Origin: Octopus sinensis
Lineage: Eukaryota
Length of the DNA: 64,000 bases
Assembly (NCBI RefSeq): GCF_006345805.1
Contig: NC_042998.1
Location: 82,150,001 to 82,214,000, forward strand
Reading direction: 5' to 3'
Positions 11,530-24,972 of the stretch are shown piece after piece (within the stretch, counting starts at the first letter, position 1; every line of letters starts with the position of its first letter). The notes beneath the pieces were generated by a model. It was not told the DNA's origin. It saw only the letters and a program-made list of their open reading frames with translations, and searched no databases. The translations under genes were made by a program, and so were the position numbers.

Positions 11530-12944
11530 CCGTTTGCCTCTCTCTCAGTTTCGTTCGATCTAATCTATATCTTATTAGAGCCAATATTGTACCGATGATG
11601 GCTGTACAACATGAAAAGCCTCATTTGTTGTACAGCTTACTGAATATTAAAGGGGTTGTTCTGAATCTAATTCCAGGGCCTACACGTAATTATATTGACT
11701 AAATTGAATTGAGGCATATATACTGGTTAGACAGAAAACACGCTTTGGTAATATTGTACCCTAACGACTTGACAAATCACATTTCTCATTGTCACATAGA
11801 TTTGCGTACCATTTCTAAGCGTTGTAGAAATATGAAGAAACATTCATAAAAATGTACTATGGGTGAGTGTGCATGCGTATGAAAATGTCTGTATATTCAT
11901 ACATGCATATATGTTTTTACTACTCTCTATTGCATTTAAGCTTAAAATATGTTTATTTCTCATTTAAATTAATTATTGGATGCAATATGGCTGACGTCTG
12001 ATTAAATAGGAATGTCAAAGAAATATAAAATTATAATTTTTCTCACAAATAGAAGAAAAAAACAATTTTAGATAATTTAGCAATAGATAAAATAAAATTT
12101 ACGTTAACAGTCTTTGTTCAAAATAATGAACATATCCTCCGGAAATCAAGTTATAGAATTTTCAATTATTTTTTCTGAGCTTAATCTTGTAATATAATAT
12201 CCTTACGTATTCATATTAAATTCTGAAGAAAAATTACATATCAATTTCTATATATTTAGCAGAACTATTTTGTTTTTTATAGTATTTGTTTTCAAAGTTT
12301 ATCAAGTCGATATTTTCATGAACTTTCGAAAGTTATCCTATAAGCACAGTTATTTCTCTATCAGTATGCATAATATATTGGTAAGTGTAAGATATTTTTC
12401 AGGCAACAAAAAAAAAAATTATACCGAAAATATGTATTTCTTGAAAACTCAAAAGTTTTGGAAATTATTTTAGATATGAAAATGACTGGTATATGTTTAC
12501 ACATTCTCATTAGTGGAATATACGTATTTTTACTTATTTTGTTACAAGGCCAGCAATTCTAGGGCAGTGGTTAAGTTGATTATATTGATCTCAGTGCTCA
12601 ACTAGAACTTATTTTACCGATACTGAAAGGAAAGGTCGACCTAGCAGCATTTGAACTCAGAAACCTGTACATTTTGTCTAACGTGTTTAGGATCTTCCAG
12701 TTCGCTTGCTTACGACAGGCCGTAAAGCGGATACATTCATTAGCTGTAATATTCAAACTACGTGTTTAGTTTTGTCTATGGGCGAGGATATTTGTTTCCT
12801 GGTTCGCTGCTCTTCTCGCATCATACATGTCAAAGGGTATTTTCTAGAATTTTTAGGTACTTGTCGTTCATGGCTCGGGTAAAAGGTTTAGCTGAATGAG
12901 GGAATTTTAGTCACGGATGAGATATTTTTATTATTATTTGGCGC

Positions 12945-13482
12945 TAGTTTGGTATCAAACACACTCTGCAATCTTGTGGTTTCAGGTTCAGTCCCTTTGC
13001 GCGGTACCGTAGGAAAGTCTGATTTGCTATAGCCCCAGATTGAGCAATACCTTGTAATTGAATTTGGTAAAAGAAAACTCTGTGGAAGTCTGTCACATAT
13101 ATATACGTATATATCTCTCTATATATAAACGGCAGTTTGTCTGTGTGTGTTTCTGTGTGTCTGTTAGGTTGTACCCTCACCCTGACCACAGCTTTCAACC
13201 GATTCTGATGAAACTTGACACACACATAGCCCAATGTCATAATTCAAAACTAACGCAGCGAAAATTTTGAAAAGTTCCCCTAGTTCTGAAAAAAATCGAT
13301 AAATTCGACATGGGGTCAAGAATCAGAAACACAAACCACAGACTGTCTAGGGGACGCAACTCGACCTTTTTAACTAAAAAAAAAATTACCATCATTTTTT
13401 TCCAGATTTTGGCTATAACTCTCTAAAAATGCTTTATAGTTATTTCCCTTACAAACCCGAGCAACGCCGGGCGATACTGCAA

Positions 13483-13531
<49 letters not shown>

Positions 13532-13536
13532 TATAC

Positions 13537-13611
<75 letters not shown>

Positions 13612-13980
13612 TGTTTGTGTGCGTGTGTGTGTGAGTGTGTGTATCAGTAAAATAAAGTCAAAATATAGTCTAGCTTCAACGTTTTTTATTACGGTATTTT
13701 AACAAAATTAGCGCTTTCATACATGATCTACTCATCAAATTTCAAACGCATGTGTCTGTGAAACGTTTCTATGTAGTCGTGTTTTCCCCACACCACTTGA
13801 CAACCGTTGTTTGTTTGTTTACATCCCTGCAATTTTCTCGTTCGTCAAAATGAGTGCCGACAGAATAAGCACCGGAAATTAGAAGGAAGCAGAGGGGTCG
13901 ATTTGATCAACTGAACTCTTCTAAGTAATGCTGCAGCATAGCCACAGTGCAATGATTGAAGAATGTAAACGATAAAAGTT
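12945..13980 (+). mobile_element. SINE family B interrupted in its internal microsatellite by a Helitron
   Basis: Head at 12945-13100 and tail at ~13770-13980 flank the insert. Confidence 0.65.
13114..13483 (+). mobile_element. Non-autonomous Helitron (~370 bp)
   Basis: 5' TCTCTCTATATATAAAC; internal CCGATTCTGATGAAACTT; subterminal hairpin CCCG-AGCAACGC-CGGG (13456-13471); 3' CAAG|T (for CTAG|T); inserted between A and T. Confidence 0.7.
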
Positions 13981-14985
13981 TAAGGTTCCGAATCCGAAAA
14001 TAAATTTTCGGATCTATGAAATCTTGCTATTTGTGGAAATTTTAATCATCAAGAATATCAGAAAATTCCATTTGTTCTCCTCAGTGAATTAGATCAAGTA
14101 CATTTTGGTAATAAATGACGTGAGCCATAAATCATTTTCAAATATTTCCAAGATACATTAGAAGCTGAGCATTTCTAAAAATGATAACTAACAAATTGAA
14201 TATAATAATAATGATTGCGGGCATCATATAATGTCTGTAGATTACGCACGATCTTTAATTCCGTCGCCTACAAAGATTTAAAATCTTTGAAAAGAAAATA
14301 ATGAGAATTAAAGCATTATTTTAAATGAAACCGTCTGCAGTTATTAAAGGTTGCAGACAATTTATATTCTATCGTACTAATTGTTATAATACACTTTCTT
14401 CAGAATTCACGTTAAAACACTTAAAACAATTATATTAAATTTAATTTATGTCTAAAACGTGACTAAGATGGCTTCTCACTGCGTAACTATAATTTTAAAA
14501 TTCCATTACAGAATGTTGTACGATATTTCAATTATATCTACCTACATGTTATTCAAGAGATTATAAGACAGACGGGAGCAGACGTGCAGATGGAAAGCCA
14601 GCTGAGTACTTAATTAAAACGACAATGAATGTTCAGAACGCTATAAGTAAGTACCTCAAACGTAGATTTTGTGAATTATATTTCTATGATTTATCAGTAA
14701 TTGTTACATGGTGCACTTAGTTTTCGGCACCAAAAATAATTGTTTAATATTGACAACTAACATATGTGACGTCCCTTTAATAAAAAAAAAAACATGAATA
14801 TAATGAGATATAATGCCGAGCTAGAGATGGTTTTAGAAACAAATATAAATATATTACATAGCCTCTCGTTAACTTCGGATATTAAAACATCGAGTAATTT
14901 TTTGCGATACATTTTAATATCAACTCTGAAACATTTGATTTTAATATCTGATAATTCTTCCAAAGAAATATTATCATATTTGTAG

Positions 14986-15150
14986 GGAGAGCTTACGAAA
15001 AAAACAAAATACGAAGACAGGTGGTGTACGTAATAAACAGATGTATTAGTATAACGCCCAGGAATACAAAAAGTCTTTTACGTTTCGAGCGTACGCTCTT
15101 CTACAGAAAGGGACACAGAAAAGACAAGGAGAGAAAAAATGTGTGTAGTG
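14986..15150 (-). mobile_element. Short HHR-bearing element family Y, copy 1
   Basis: Homologous in reverse orientation to 39575-39740. Confidence 0.65.
15075..15110 (-). ncRNA. Minimal type I hammerhead-like fold with variant core CUGUAGA
   Basis: Minus strand: CTTT-CTGTAGA-A-GAGCG ta CGCTC-GAA-ACGT-A-AAAG; all three helices pair. Confidence 0.55.
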
Positions 15151-16299
15151 GCTGTAGGTTAACATGAAACACGTAAATAGATATATGGTTGAAGCAAGAA
15201 ATGCAGATACGCGAGGAAGTGTAGGTAAGAATATAATTACCTCTGGAAGTAGATGAATGTGATGTAGATTAATATATTGGCTATACGCATGGGATATAGA
15301 ACCAAATCATTAGCAACGACTTTGTAATATGTACCTTCGCAACACGATTATCAATACTATTGATATCTACGTTGCTGATTTTTCTCTTTTAACTTTCGAT
15401 AAAAATCTATTAACACATTCACGATTAACTGCCTCTTCTCAGGACGTTAGTCACATGGCCTGTCAAAAAATAGAACAATCGAATAAATCTGTCACGTTAT
15501 TTCGTTTCTCTCTTGTTATTTGTTACAATAGTTTTCCGTCACGGGATGACCATCCAAATTGATTTTACTTAGGGCTTTGTCACATTTCTAAAAGCAATAA
15601 AGCTTGATATCAAAATATTCCACCCGCTTTGATTTTGAAGTATTACTCTCAGATTCAAATCTCCCTTATTGAAATTTTAAATGATTTTACATTACTTTCA
15701 TTATCTTTGGCGACTGCAAGCTTTACAACATCTCCTTTTTCTATATAAGTACCATATCCTACTCTATAATGTAACCACGTCGAATAAGGAAACCTCAGCT
15801 GATTTTGACTTGGAAATAGTCGACTATTCGGGGGAGTTCATGTTGTTATTCCGCCTTTTCTAATACATTATTTCTGTATAATTCCCAGTGACAAAGATAT
15901 ATTATGCTGCCTTCTCTTACATTCGCTCTCAAATAATTCACCTCGTTCACGTCCAGAACATCCATGGCCGTTGCAATACAATTTATATAGTGGAGTTCTT
16001 GTCTAGCTTCTTATATAACCGATAATTGCTCTCAAGCTTCTAGTGTCAGCTTTAATATTTGGTTACGTAATCGCTTCCATAAGCACTTGTTCACCATTGT
16101 TTACTATGATGCATTAGGTTATTCGTTGTTTAACTTTATCACAAATAACTAATCCTTTATTTGTTATATACTTTTGTACACTTTCCCCCAAAGAATACAC
16201 AACCTATTACTGTCATTTTCAAACAGTCTTCTTGGGTTGTACATCTGCAACGCAGTCGTAGGGATTTACTACTACTACCTATCTTGCTAGTTAGATAGA

Positions 16300-16361
16300 T
16301 AGGTAGTGGTAATAGTAGTAGCAGCAGCATTAGCAGCAGCATTAGCAGCAGCAGCAACAGC

Positions 16362-16402
<41 letters not shown>

Positions 16403-16457
16403 CAGCAGTAGCAGCAGCGGCAGCAGTGGTGGTGGTAGCAGCAGCAGTAGTAGTAGC

Positions 16458-16507
<50 letters not shown>

Positions 16508-16530
16508 TAGTAGTAGTAGTAGTAGTACGG
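16300..16530. repeat. Compound (GCA)n/(GTA)n/(GTG)n trinucleotide tract
   Basis: Direct reading; source of the poly-V/A and poly-Y/C ORFs. Confidence 0.9.
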
Positions 16531-17221
16531 AGAGCTATTGTGCTTAGGCAAATTTTGGAAATGCATCTGAGTACCGTGTTTGTAAATGTTTAAAATAAAT
16601 AAATCATTATTTGAATTCAATCGGTCAGTCCTTTACTTTGCAGTGGACAGAAGTATGGTTTGTCGCTATACCTGTGGTTTTATTTTAATTTCCATTTTGT
16701 AAATATTTGCTTGCTTGTCTATTAAATATATATTGTTCTGCGTTGCACAAACCTACCTCGAAACAAATTGAACAAGCCTTCAAGCATTTTGTATATATAA
16801 ATATGAAGTAAAATATATCGAGAAAGAAGAGAGAAGAAAATATGATAATAATTACAACAAGCGAAATAGCAATTTCTGAAATGAATGTGGTCGAAAAAAT
16901 ACAGCAGCTCGTATTGCTCCTGCAAAAGGACAATTCTGAATTTGAATCATTTCTGAGGAAAAACATGGCGGTGGTGGTGGTGGGGATTTTATGTCACTAA
17001 ATATTCAGCCGCTTTATCAGACGGTATTATCAATAAGGAGAACGCTGGCGTATGAGAGTGAAGTATTTATTTACAGGGATTTATGTACTGATTTCAAATG
17101 CCACCGTGACTGACTTTGCTTTTCGTACTTATGGAGCCGGTAAAAGAAGTGCTAGCCAAAGACTGGAATACATATAAACGGATGTTCTCTTGAATTTCTG
17201 GTCTTGTGCCTAATTTTGAAT

Positions 17222-17325
17222 TTATCATCAACATCATCATCGGAATAATCGAAATCATTATCATCATCATCAACATCATCAACATCATCATCACCATTAT
17301 CATGATCATCATCGTTATCATTTTC
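17222..17325. repeat. Degenerate (ATC)n tract
   Basis: Direct reading. Confidence 0.85.
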
Positions 17326-18479
17326 GAAGTACTATCTAACTGTAAACATTGTCTTACAGTATTTTATACATTAGAACTTCCGTTATAATTGCTTAAGTTT
17401 GTCATGTAAGAAGATTTGAAAACTCACGTTTTCTCCTTTAATTATGGAGGGCACATTCACTTTCTTTTCAGCTAGTAGACAAATAGTTTTCTTTGAAATG
17501 TCGAATTTAACTTTTGGCTGGGAAAGACTGCTGAAAGGTAGCCATTAGAGATATGGTAGGAGTGATGCTAAAACTGTCGTCTGCCTTCAAACGTTTGCTT
17601 GTCAAAGCAAAAGAAGAGACTCAAAAGATTTGTCTGAGAACTACAATAACAAATGCGTAGATGTTAACTGTTGATAACACCAGTAATATGATACAACAAA
17701 GCAGTAAATCGGAAATCGTCACGAGTATAAATAACGCCAACAAAAACAAGAGTAGAAACAACACCAAAACGAATGCTTACAGGAAGAAAATAAGGGAAAA
17801 AAATTGGAACTTTATAAAATTGCTGACATCGACAAAGCCAGAAACTAAAAAATTGAAAATGTCAGCGAAAATTCGAATAAAATAAGTGACATCAAACAGC
17901 AGCTAGAGTGAAAAGAAAAAAAAAAGAATTTTAGTAGTGATAGAAACATAAGGAACAAAGCAACAAAAATGTAAATTTACAGTGACATGAAGAAATATGC
18001 CTCATCTCCATGAACCAGCAACGCAGAAAAGCAATATTTCCTTCAGTTTAATACTGAAAATATAATGTGAAGAAAGCCTTATATAAAAAGAACTGAAATG
18101 ATGGCACTTTCACGGAATGGGGCGGATGATATAAGTTGTTGTTTTTAAATATTATAAATGTTTTCTCCATTTCACTAACCCACCGTTCCCATTTCAGAGA
18201 GGATATAGAAGGTAGACTCCAGGTTGCTGTAGTTTTATTATATCGATATTGTTGTCCATGACATTACTGTGATGGTTTTTTTTCTCAATAACTGAACGCA
18301 ATGTACTCGATGTCTCTGTTTTATCGTATTTATCACTGTTTCTACCGCTGCTAATGTTACCGTTGCTTTTCTTGTATTTCTTGATGTTGCTGCCGTCTTT
18401 GTTTGGTTTGCGACCCAGACAAAATTGTGAACTGCAGAAAATATGTCTCCCAAATGTTGTCTAGACCGATTTACTCTCA

Positions 18480-19210
18480 TACTTACCTAAAGGTCTTTCA
18501 AGATGTGGACTCAATAAATGTTTATGCATCATCAAACAGACCTCTTGGAATGTAAGATCGCAACAAATGGATCTATCAAACAAAGGAATCTTTTCTTTGG
18601 ACAAGAGATACATAAAAAGTGCTTTTTTGCTACGAAAATACATGACTACATGACATGTTACACATGAAGTAGGGGGTCATGTTCTGGACCAATGTATGAG
18701 AATTAGGTGAACGTCAGTGCTCAACCTATTTCTGAACGAGCTTAAGCTGCTAGTGAGTATCAATCAGTTTTTATTCAGCTTGACATCTTGATAGATCCAG
18801 GCACTAAATATCTTAATGAGACCCTTGATTCAATAACACGAACCAGCATGTACGTTTTCTCCTATCCAATTGCTACATCATCCGTATAGTTAATATAGGC
18901 TTCATTACTGACTTGTTCTCCTCTAGAATGGTACCACTACTTCGGGTTTTGATGTGTTAGACTCTATTGAAAGTGATACTGTCGTCCTCATATGAAGACA
19001 CTGGAATTCTGTGTCTGGATTTGAGTAGGAATCCTTAAATCACATCAAATATTGCAACAAGAAAATTGAGAAAAGAAATCCTTGACAGACTGTCTTTGAG
19101 ATTCGAAACGGTTGTAATTGGTGGTCTGCCTAGCGAAACTTTGTACCTCAGTAGCACCTTAAATAGGACAAGCACAGCTCCGTTTATTAAAACCGCCATG
19201 CAGTGTTAAT
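18480..19210 (-). mobile_element. Highly decayed L1/Tx1-like ORF2 (RT) fragment
   Basis: Minus-strand translations give VLINGAVL..F, IPVSSYEDDSITF (YADD-like) and, ~120 codons later, LFMYLLSKEKIPLFDRSICC (like the F.FLW.G...R motif of L1/Tx1). Similarity judged from memory only. Confidence 0.45.
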
Positions 19211-19287
19211 TGCTACCACAGAAAACTTTTGAGTTCATAAGATAATAGATGCCCTAACAAATACTGGACTATTATTAACCGAATATA

Positions 19288-19347
<60 letters not shown>

Positions 19348-21113
19348 TAGGGTGGAAAGATTTATAGTCTGTATTCAGCAGATGATTATGTACTTTATTA
19401 TCAGCATCACTAATCTAGGTTTGCTCGGCTAGTAATATCGGTTTTCTGAAGTTGCACTCAGTTTCCAAGAGACACGTGAACAAATGACGTGAAATTATAA
19501 AACGTTTTGGGTAAAACTACCAACGTAAGCCACCCGGTGTTCTACTTAGACGAACAAGCTTTTCTTAGAGTTTTGTGACGCTTTCTGAGACTTACAGATG
19601 ACCGTCGGAGTAGGTATTGGAAGTAACCCCCGCTTCTCTGTAGTTCTTCATGAACAATTCAACGCAAATAGTTGTGCCAAGAAATCTTATTCATCAATCT
19701 GGAATCAGATGTAATTGCTTACTTCCATTACGATCCATGAAAGTCCAAAATGTATTATAATTTATTATAATGCTGCGCAACGAAAACTGGTTAATGAAAG
19801 GTTTTATTTTCTCTATTTTCTCTGTATTTCTCTGTTTATGACATTTTCGCTCGACTTGGATCGAGAAGCGTGACAATATTGTTTTGGAATGATATATGTC
19901 AAATGTTAACTGGATCGTCTCGAATGCAAATAGCAATGGAGGTGGTGGCGGTGCCTTCGTACATGCGGATATGGGCGAAACGACTGAATTTCTAAGAACG
20001 TCTAGAGTCATTCATATGACTATTTCTCTCACTGACGTTAATGGATGATTGGCAGTGAACCACGGACCCCTCAGAGGTTTTGTAAACAGTAGTTGACAGA
20101 AAAAAAATACAACTCGTCGGCATGTTACCGCCCATAATTCACTAATCCACCAATGTAGACCTGGACTAACAATAACTGGTGAAACCAGACGTTTATAGAT
20201 CGAAGTGTCGCCTAGTTTAGACGACATGCTTCGTGAATTTTTCACTGTCCTTGGTATTTTCTAACACTAACAACACATTAATGACTTGTACAGTAGACCG
20301 AAGTAAAACTGATATTAAGGAAGAAGACTAATGGACGTCAAACGCGTTCTTCGTCTAAGGACGGCGATTAGAAAATAATTTAAGCGAGATTAGATAGAGG
20401 CAACATTCTTGGTTTCATATTTCTGTTTTTGCACTGCTTTTGCATTTTACTGTCACCCAGTGCTTGTCACTCATCTGCAGTGTCACTTAATTCACTCCTT
20501 GTACTAATGTGATTGACACATCCGTATAACTGAAAACATGACGAATTTTTCGACCGTCTAAACTGAGACTAAAAGTGTTCTTGGAGCATCGGTTTTTCTG
20601 TTTTGTTTGTCGTCATCATCATGTTTTCGCTGAATATTATTTTGCCATCTCAATAAAAGGTTTTCCGTTGAATATTAAAACAGCTACAAAAACAGAATAA
20701 TTGTAAACGCTTAAACTTGGTTATTATCGATTTAACTAAATGAAACCGTAACATTAATATCACACTAAGCACGATAACTACAAAGAAAAGATAAATGTAT
20801 ACGCCCTAAAATTTAATTATATGGGCCCAAACAAAATATGAAAAGCAACAAACAGACACAACTGGACAAAAGCGGAATAGGGAATAAATACTGCAGAGTT
20901 ATAGCTTGTGTTCGGATTTCATAAGCGGTTGTATAGCAATTTTATAGTCCCGGAAACATTTTAAAATGGTTAGCTGTAGGCATAGTTGTGTGGTGAGAAG
21001 TTTGCTCCACAGCCACATGATTCTGGGTTTAAATACCACTGCATGGCACCTTCGGCGCCTGCTTTCTAATACTTGTGAGTGATTTTGTAGACGGCAATGA
21101 GAGAAGGCTCATC

Positions 21114-21162
<49 letters not shown>

Positions 21163-21166
<4 letters not shown>

Positions 21167-21340
21167 ATCCAAACAAGAAAACACAAAAAGACACAGCAAC
21201 GCAAGGACGTGGAACAAATAAGGTATTATTGAACGCTCAGGAAAGAAGGGAAGAAGGAGGGTTTAACGTTTCGAGCGGAGCTCTTCGTCGGAAACAAAGG
21301 AGAAGGAAAGATCCCGAGAAGGGAAGACAGAGGGCAAAGA
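21163..21340 (-). mobile_element. Family X HHR element, copy 2
   Basis: Same (TA)n-GTTAATCCAAAC junction and body as 4983-5187. Confidence 0.8.
21261..21295 (-). ncRNA. Minimal type I hammerhead-like fold (family X, best-paired copy)
   Basis: Minus strand: GTTT-CCGACGA-A-GAGC tcc GCTC-GAA-ACGT-T-AAAC. Confidence 0.65.
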
Positions 21341-21849
21341 AAAAAAATATATATATATATTTATACATACATACATATATTTGAGTGTGTGTGTGTGTAT
21401 CAGTGTTTGTCACCGCCACCACTCGACAAACCATCCGGTGTTGATGAGTTTACGTCCCCGTGACGTAGCGGCTCGGCAATAAAACCAATAGAATAAGTAA
21501 CAGGTTTTAAGAGAATAAGAACTGGGTTCGATACATTCGACTGAAAATCTTCATGGCTGTGCCTGAGCCTAACTGAAATCTAGTAAGTGAAACAAAAATT
21601 AAAAGATACATTCGATAAATAACGTACTCCATAAATGATTGAAGGTAGTCTGATTGCTTCCTCTTTTGCTGTATATAAATGCGTTGCATATAAAGACAAC
21701 TGTCCATGCGTTTATGCGTCCAGAAATGACGGAATAGATTTAGATACATTATGTAATAGCCTGTGTCATTATTTCTACCGTATAATAGCTCCAAGCTGAT
21801 CAATGGCTTATGAATAAATTTGGTAGACGGAAACTGTTTCGAAGACAGT

Positions 21850-22452
21850 TATATGTGTGTACATACATAGACACTTACATGCATACGTACATACATACTT
21901 ACATATATATATATATATATATGTAAGTATGTATGTACGTATACATGTATGTGTGTATGTATGTATATATATATACTTACATGTCTGTATGTGTTACTAT
22001 TTATATATATATGCATACACATATATATATATATATATACATACTTACATGCACACACACACGCACACACACATATATATATATATACATATATACATAT
22101 ATATATAAATATATATATACATCTGATTCTCTAATACGCAGCTATATGCACTCCATTACCTTATAATTGAGAAACATCTTGTTTCTGTGAGATACATATT
22201 ACTTCTAACTATACTACTACTACTACTACTACTTCTACTACCACCACCACCACCATCGCCACCACCACTACTACAACTACTAATGCTGCTGTTGCTGCTA
22301 CCGCGACTATACTGTAATTTTGTATTTAAAAAATTCTTAGATATAAAATTAATGAAACCCACAAATACACATAATACATGGGTACACATACACGTATACA
22401 TATACAAACACTCGCATACACATATATGTACATACATATATACATTAATAAC

Positions 22453-22492
<40 letters not shown>

Positions 22493-22518
22493 TATATATA
22501 TATAATATATATATATAT

Positions 22519-22549
<31 letters not shown>

Positions 22550-23062
22550 ATCTAAGCAAAGATATAAGAAAGGAGAGATGGAGTGGCAGAAAGAAACAGA
22601 AAGTGTGAGAAAGAGATTAGTTTGCTTAACGATGACATCATGATTAAATATCATTTTTTCCCATATCATTTCGTTTATCTATACATAGAACACATGCATC
22701 ATTTCATGTGTTATTGATAATTATTGATTTTTCCATACTTGGTTACCTTGTTTGTTTCTTTAATATTCTATGAATATTCCACAGTTTTGAGTAAATAATC
22801 GCCTCTAACATTTTCGTTACATTTTTTTCTTCTTAACATCTCTAGCAAATTTCTCTTTTGACCTCAAACGACATAGAAAATACTTTCAGTTACAATTTAT
22901 TATTCTACTTCAAAGCAACAACACTAAATTTATGTGTGACTACGTGTGTGTGAATGAATGATTATACACACACACACACACATACATACATACATACATA
23001 CATACATACATACATACATACATACATACATACATACATACATGTATATATATATATATTCA

Positions 23063-23132
<70 letters not shown>

Positions 23133-23135
23133 CGT
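21850..23135. repeat. Cluster of (TA)n, (ATAC)n, (CTA/CCA)n microsatellites
   Basis: Direct reading. Confidence 0.85.
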
Positions 23136-24267
23136 AAATGTCGGACAAAGAGAATGAGTACTCAACACCGTGTTGGTGGATAAAATTTCCTTATTTGTGT
23201 ATTAAAGTTACCATTTTTTCATTTTAAGAAAAATATCTTAATATCTTAACAATATTTCCCGCCGATCACAATGGAGGAATGGTGTTCGTCTCCACTTTCA
23301 TATATATATTTGTGTGCGTGTGTGTGCCTGTGTCTGTGTGTGTGTGAGTGGTGACACCGACACGCGGGCCGTTCGAATTAGCCCGAGTAAAAATTTAATA
23401 CAGTGAACGTGTATTTGCAAGCTGATTTAATTCCTGCCACCAAAGACTCCATGTATGTAATTTCAACAAATAACTCTGGCTCATTTTATTGAACCTGGTT
23501 GCAGTTTATTTATTCTGGTTCAGCATCTGGCAGTTGTCTCAGAGGTGCCCTATTTCAAAAAGTATAATTTCTAGCAGACGTTCTCTCGATATCGTTCACA
23601 CGCGCCTGGCTCGGACTCAGAAGTTACAGCCCGAATTGTTATCTATAATCGTAAAAATTAAAATTAATTCAAATTGAATGTTTTCTGGAAACAATAAATT
23701 TCTATAGAGATTAGGTTTTAATTCCAATCTATAAAAAATTTCCGTTCTACAATATTCTGAAAGGAACGAAAATTTATCCAGCGACTCAGGCTAATACGAA
23801 CGAATCTGATAGGTGTATAAGACTAAGTGAGAACTATTGTCAAGAGTACAGGCGGTAGTCGGATCGCTGATGTTTGTTGTCGTTATTTGATTGCTGTTAT
23901 TCTGTGAGTCTGTGTATAAAGATCAGTTATGTTTTGAAGGTTGCTTTATTTTTACACTTAACTTAGAAATAGAGAAAGACATAGTGCTGGATATAAAAAG
24001 AATAAGCCATTTGGGGCTAGAAATATTGCGGAAAAACGAAATTCTACGAGGAAGCATGTGCCTTATGGTGCTGATAACCTAGAGTCACCTTTGACGTATA
24101 TATATGTATCAGTGCTAGTGCACGAAACTCTCAGCGCTTGAGTCATTCTCTAAATTTTGTCGATTATTGATAATAAAATTATCCTCGAGCTTTGTGTTTT
24201 ATTTTCCTGTTTGCATCACCATACATACATACATACATACATACATACACATACATACATACATACA

Positions 24268-24297
<30 letters not shown>

Positions 24298-24298
<1 letters not shown>

Positions 24299-24890
24299 GT
24301 GAGCACACCAGACCTGATATAATGATTTAGGATAAAGAAGAAGAACTGTGCACACTTATGGAAATTAGCTGGCTAGTAGATTTTAACATAATGCTAAATA
24401 TCAGTGAAAAGGAGAATATCTATTCTGAGCTATTGAGAAATCTGCAGTTACTCTATCCACATGACAAGTTCAGGTTTATACCTGTAATTATTGGGACCCT
24501 GGGATATCTAACACACTGCATAAATACCAATCTTGAGAAATTACGCTTCTCAAAACCAGGAAGGAGAAAGTTAATTCGAAGACTACAGATCGAATCCGTC
24601 ATTGGAACTGTAGAAATCTGTAACACTTTCCAGAAGGTTATCATTTAAATATATCTGAGCATGCCTAGATATGTAACTATATGCATGAGAATACATACAA
24701 AAAACATACAAATCTGCACATACATACATACAAACATGCATTCATGCTGGCATACCTACACACACACATACATACATACGAAAATACCCTGTTGCTGATG
24801 TTGAAATTCCAATGAAGTAGACTTGGATCTAGGTTAGAAACCGGTACTTTCTCTATTGGCAAGAAATCTTGAATTAAACTGAATACAATC
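24298..24890 (+). mobile_element. 3' end of an RLE-type non-LTR retrotransposon (R4/Dong/NeSL-like): restriction-like endonuclease plus 3' UTR
   Basis: CEHTRPDIMI*DKEEKLCTLMEIS..DFN....EKENIYSELL...FIPVIIGTLG: PD..E.S..K..Y pattern typical of RLE domains. Embedded in (ATAC)n. Confidence 0.75.
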
Positions 24891-24972
24891 ATGCATACAT
24901 ACATTCATACATACATACATACATTCATACATACATACATACATACATACATACATACATACATACATACAT

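Larger units (their letters stand above)
20975..21600 (+). mobile_element. SINE family B with an HHR element nested in its internal (TA)n
   Basis: Head at 20975-21120, tail at 21385-21600. Confidence 0.7.

Noticed and set aside
13203-13215. CTGATGA immediately followed by AAC (hammerhead-like words)
   Set aside because: No room for helix II; it is part of the CCGATTCTGATGAAACTT motif common in non-autonomous Helitrons.
16306-16620. Poly-Val/Ala and poly-Tyr/Cys ORFs
   Set aside because: Trinucleotide repeat translations with no flanking coding context.
16700-16966. Protein-like plus-strand frame (KPTSKQIEQAFKHF...EKIQQLVLLLQKDNSEFESFLRKNM)
   Set aside because: Contains an in-frame stop, no splice donor and no recognisable family.
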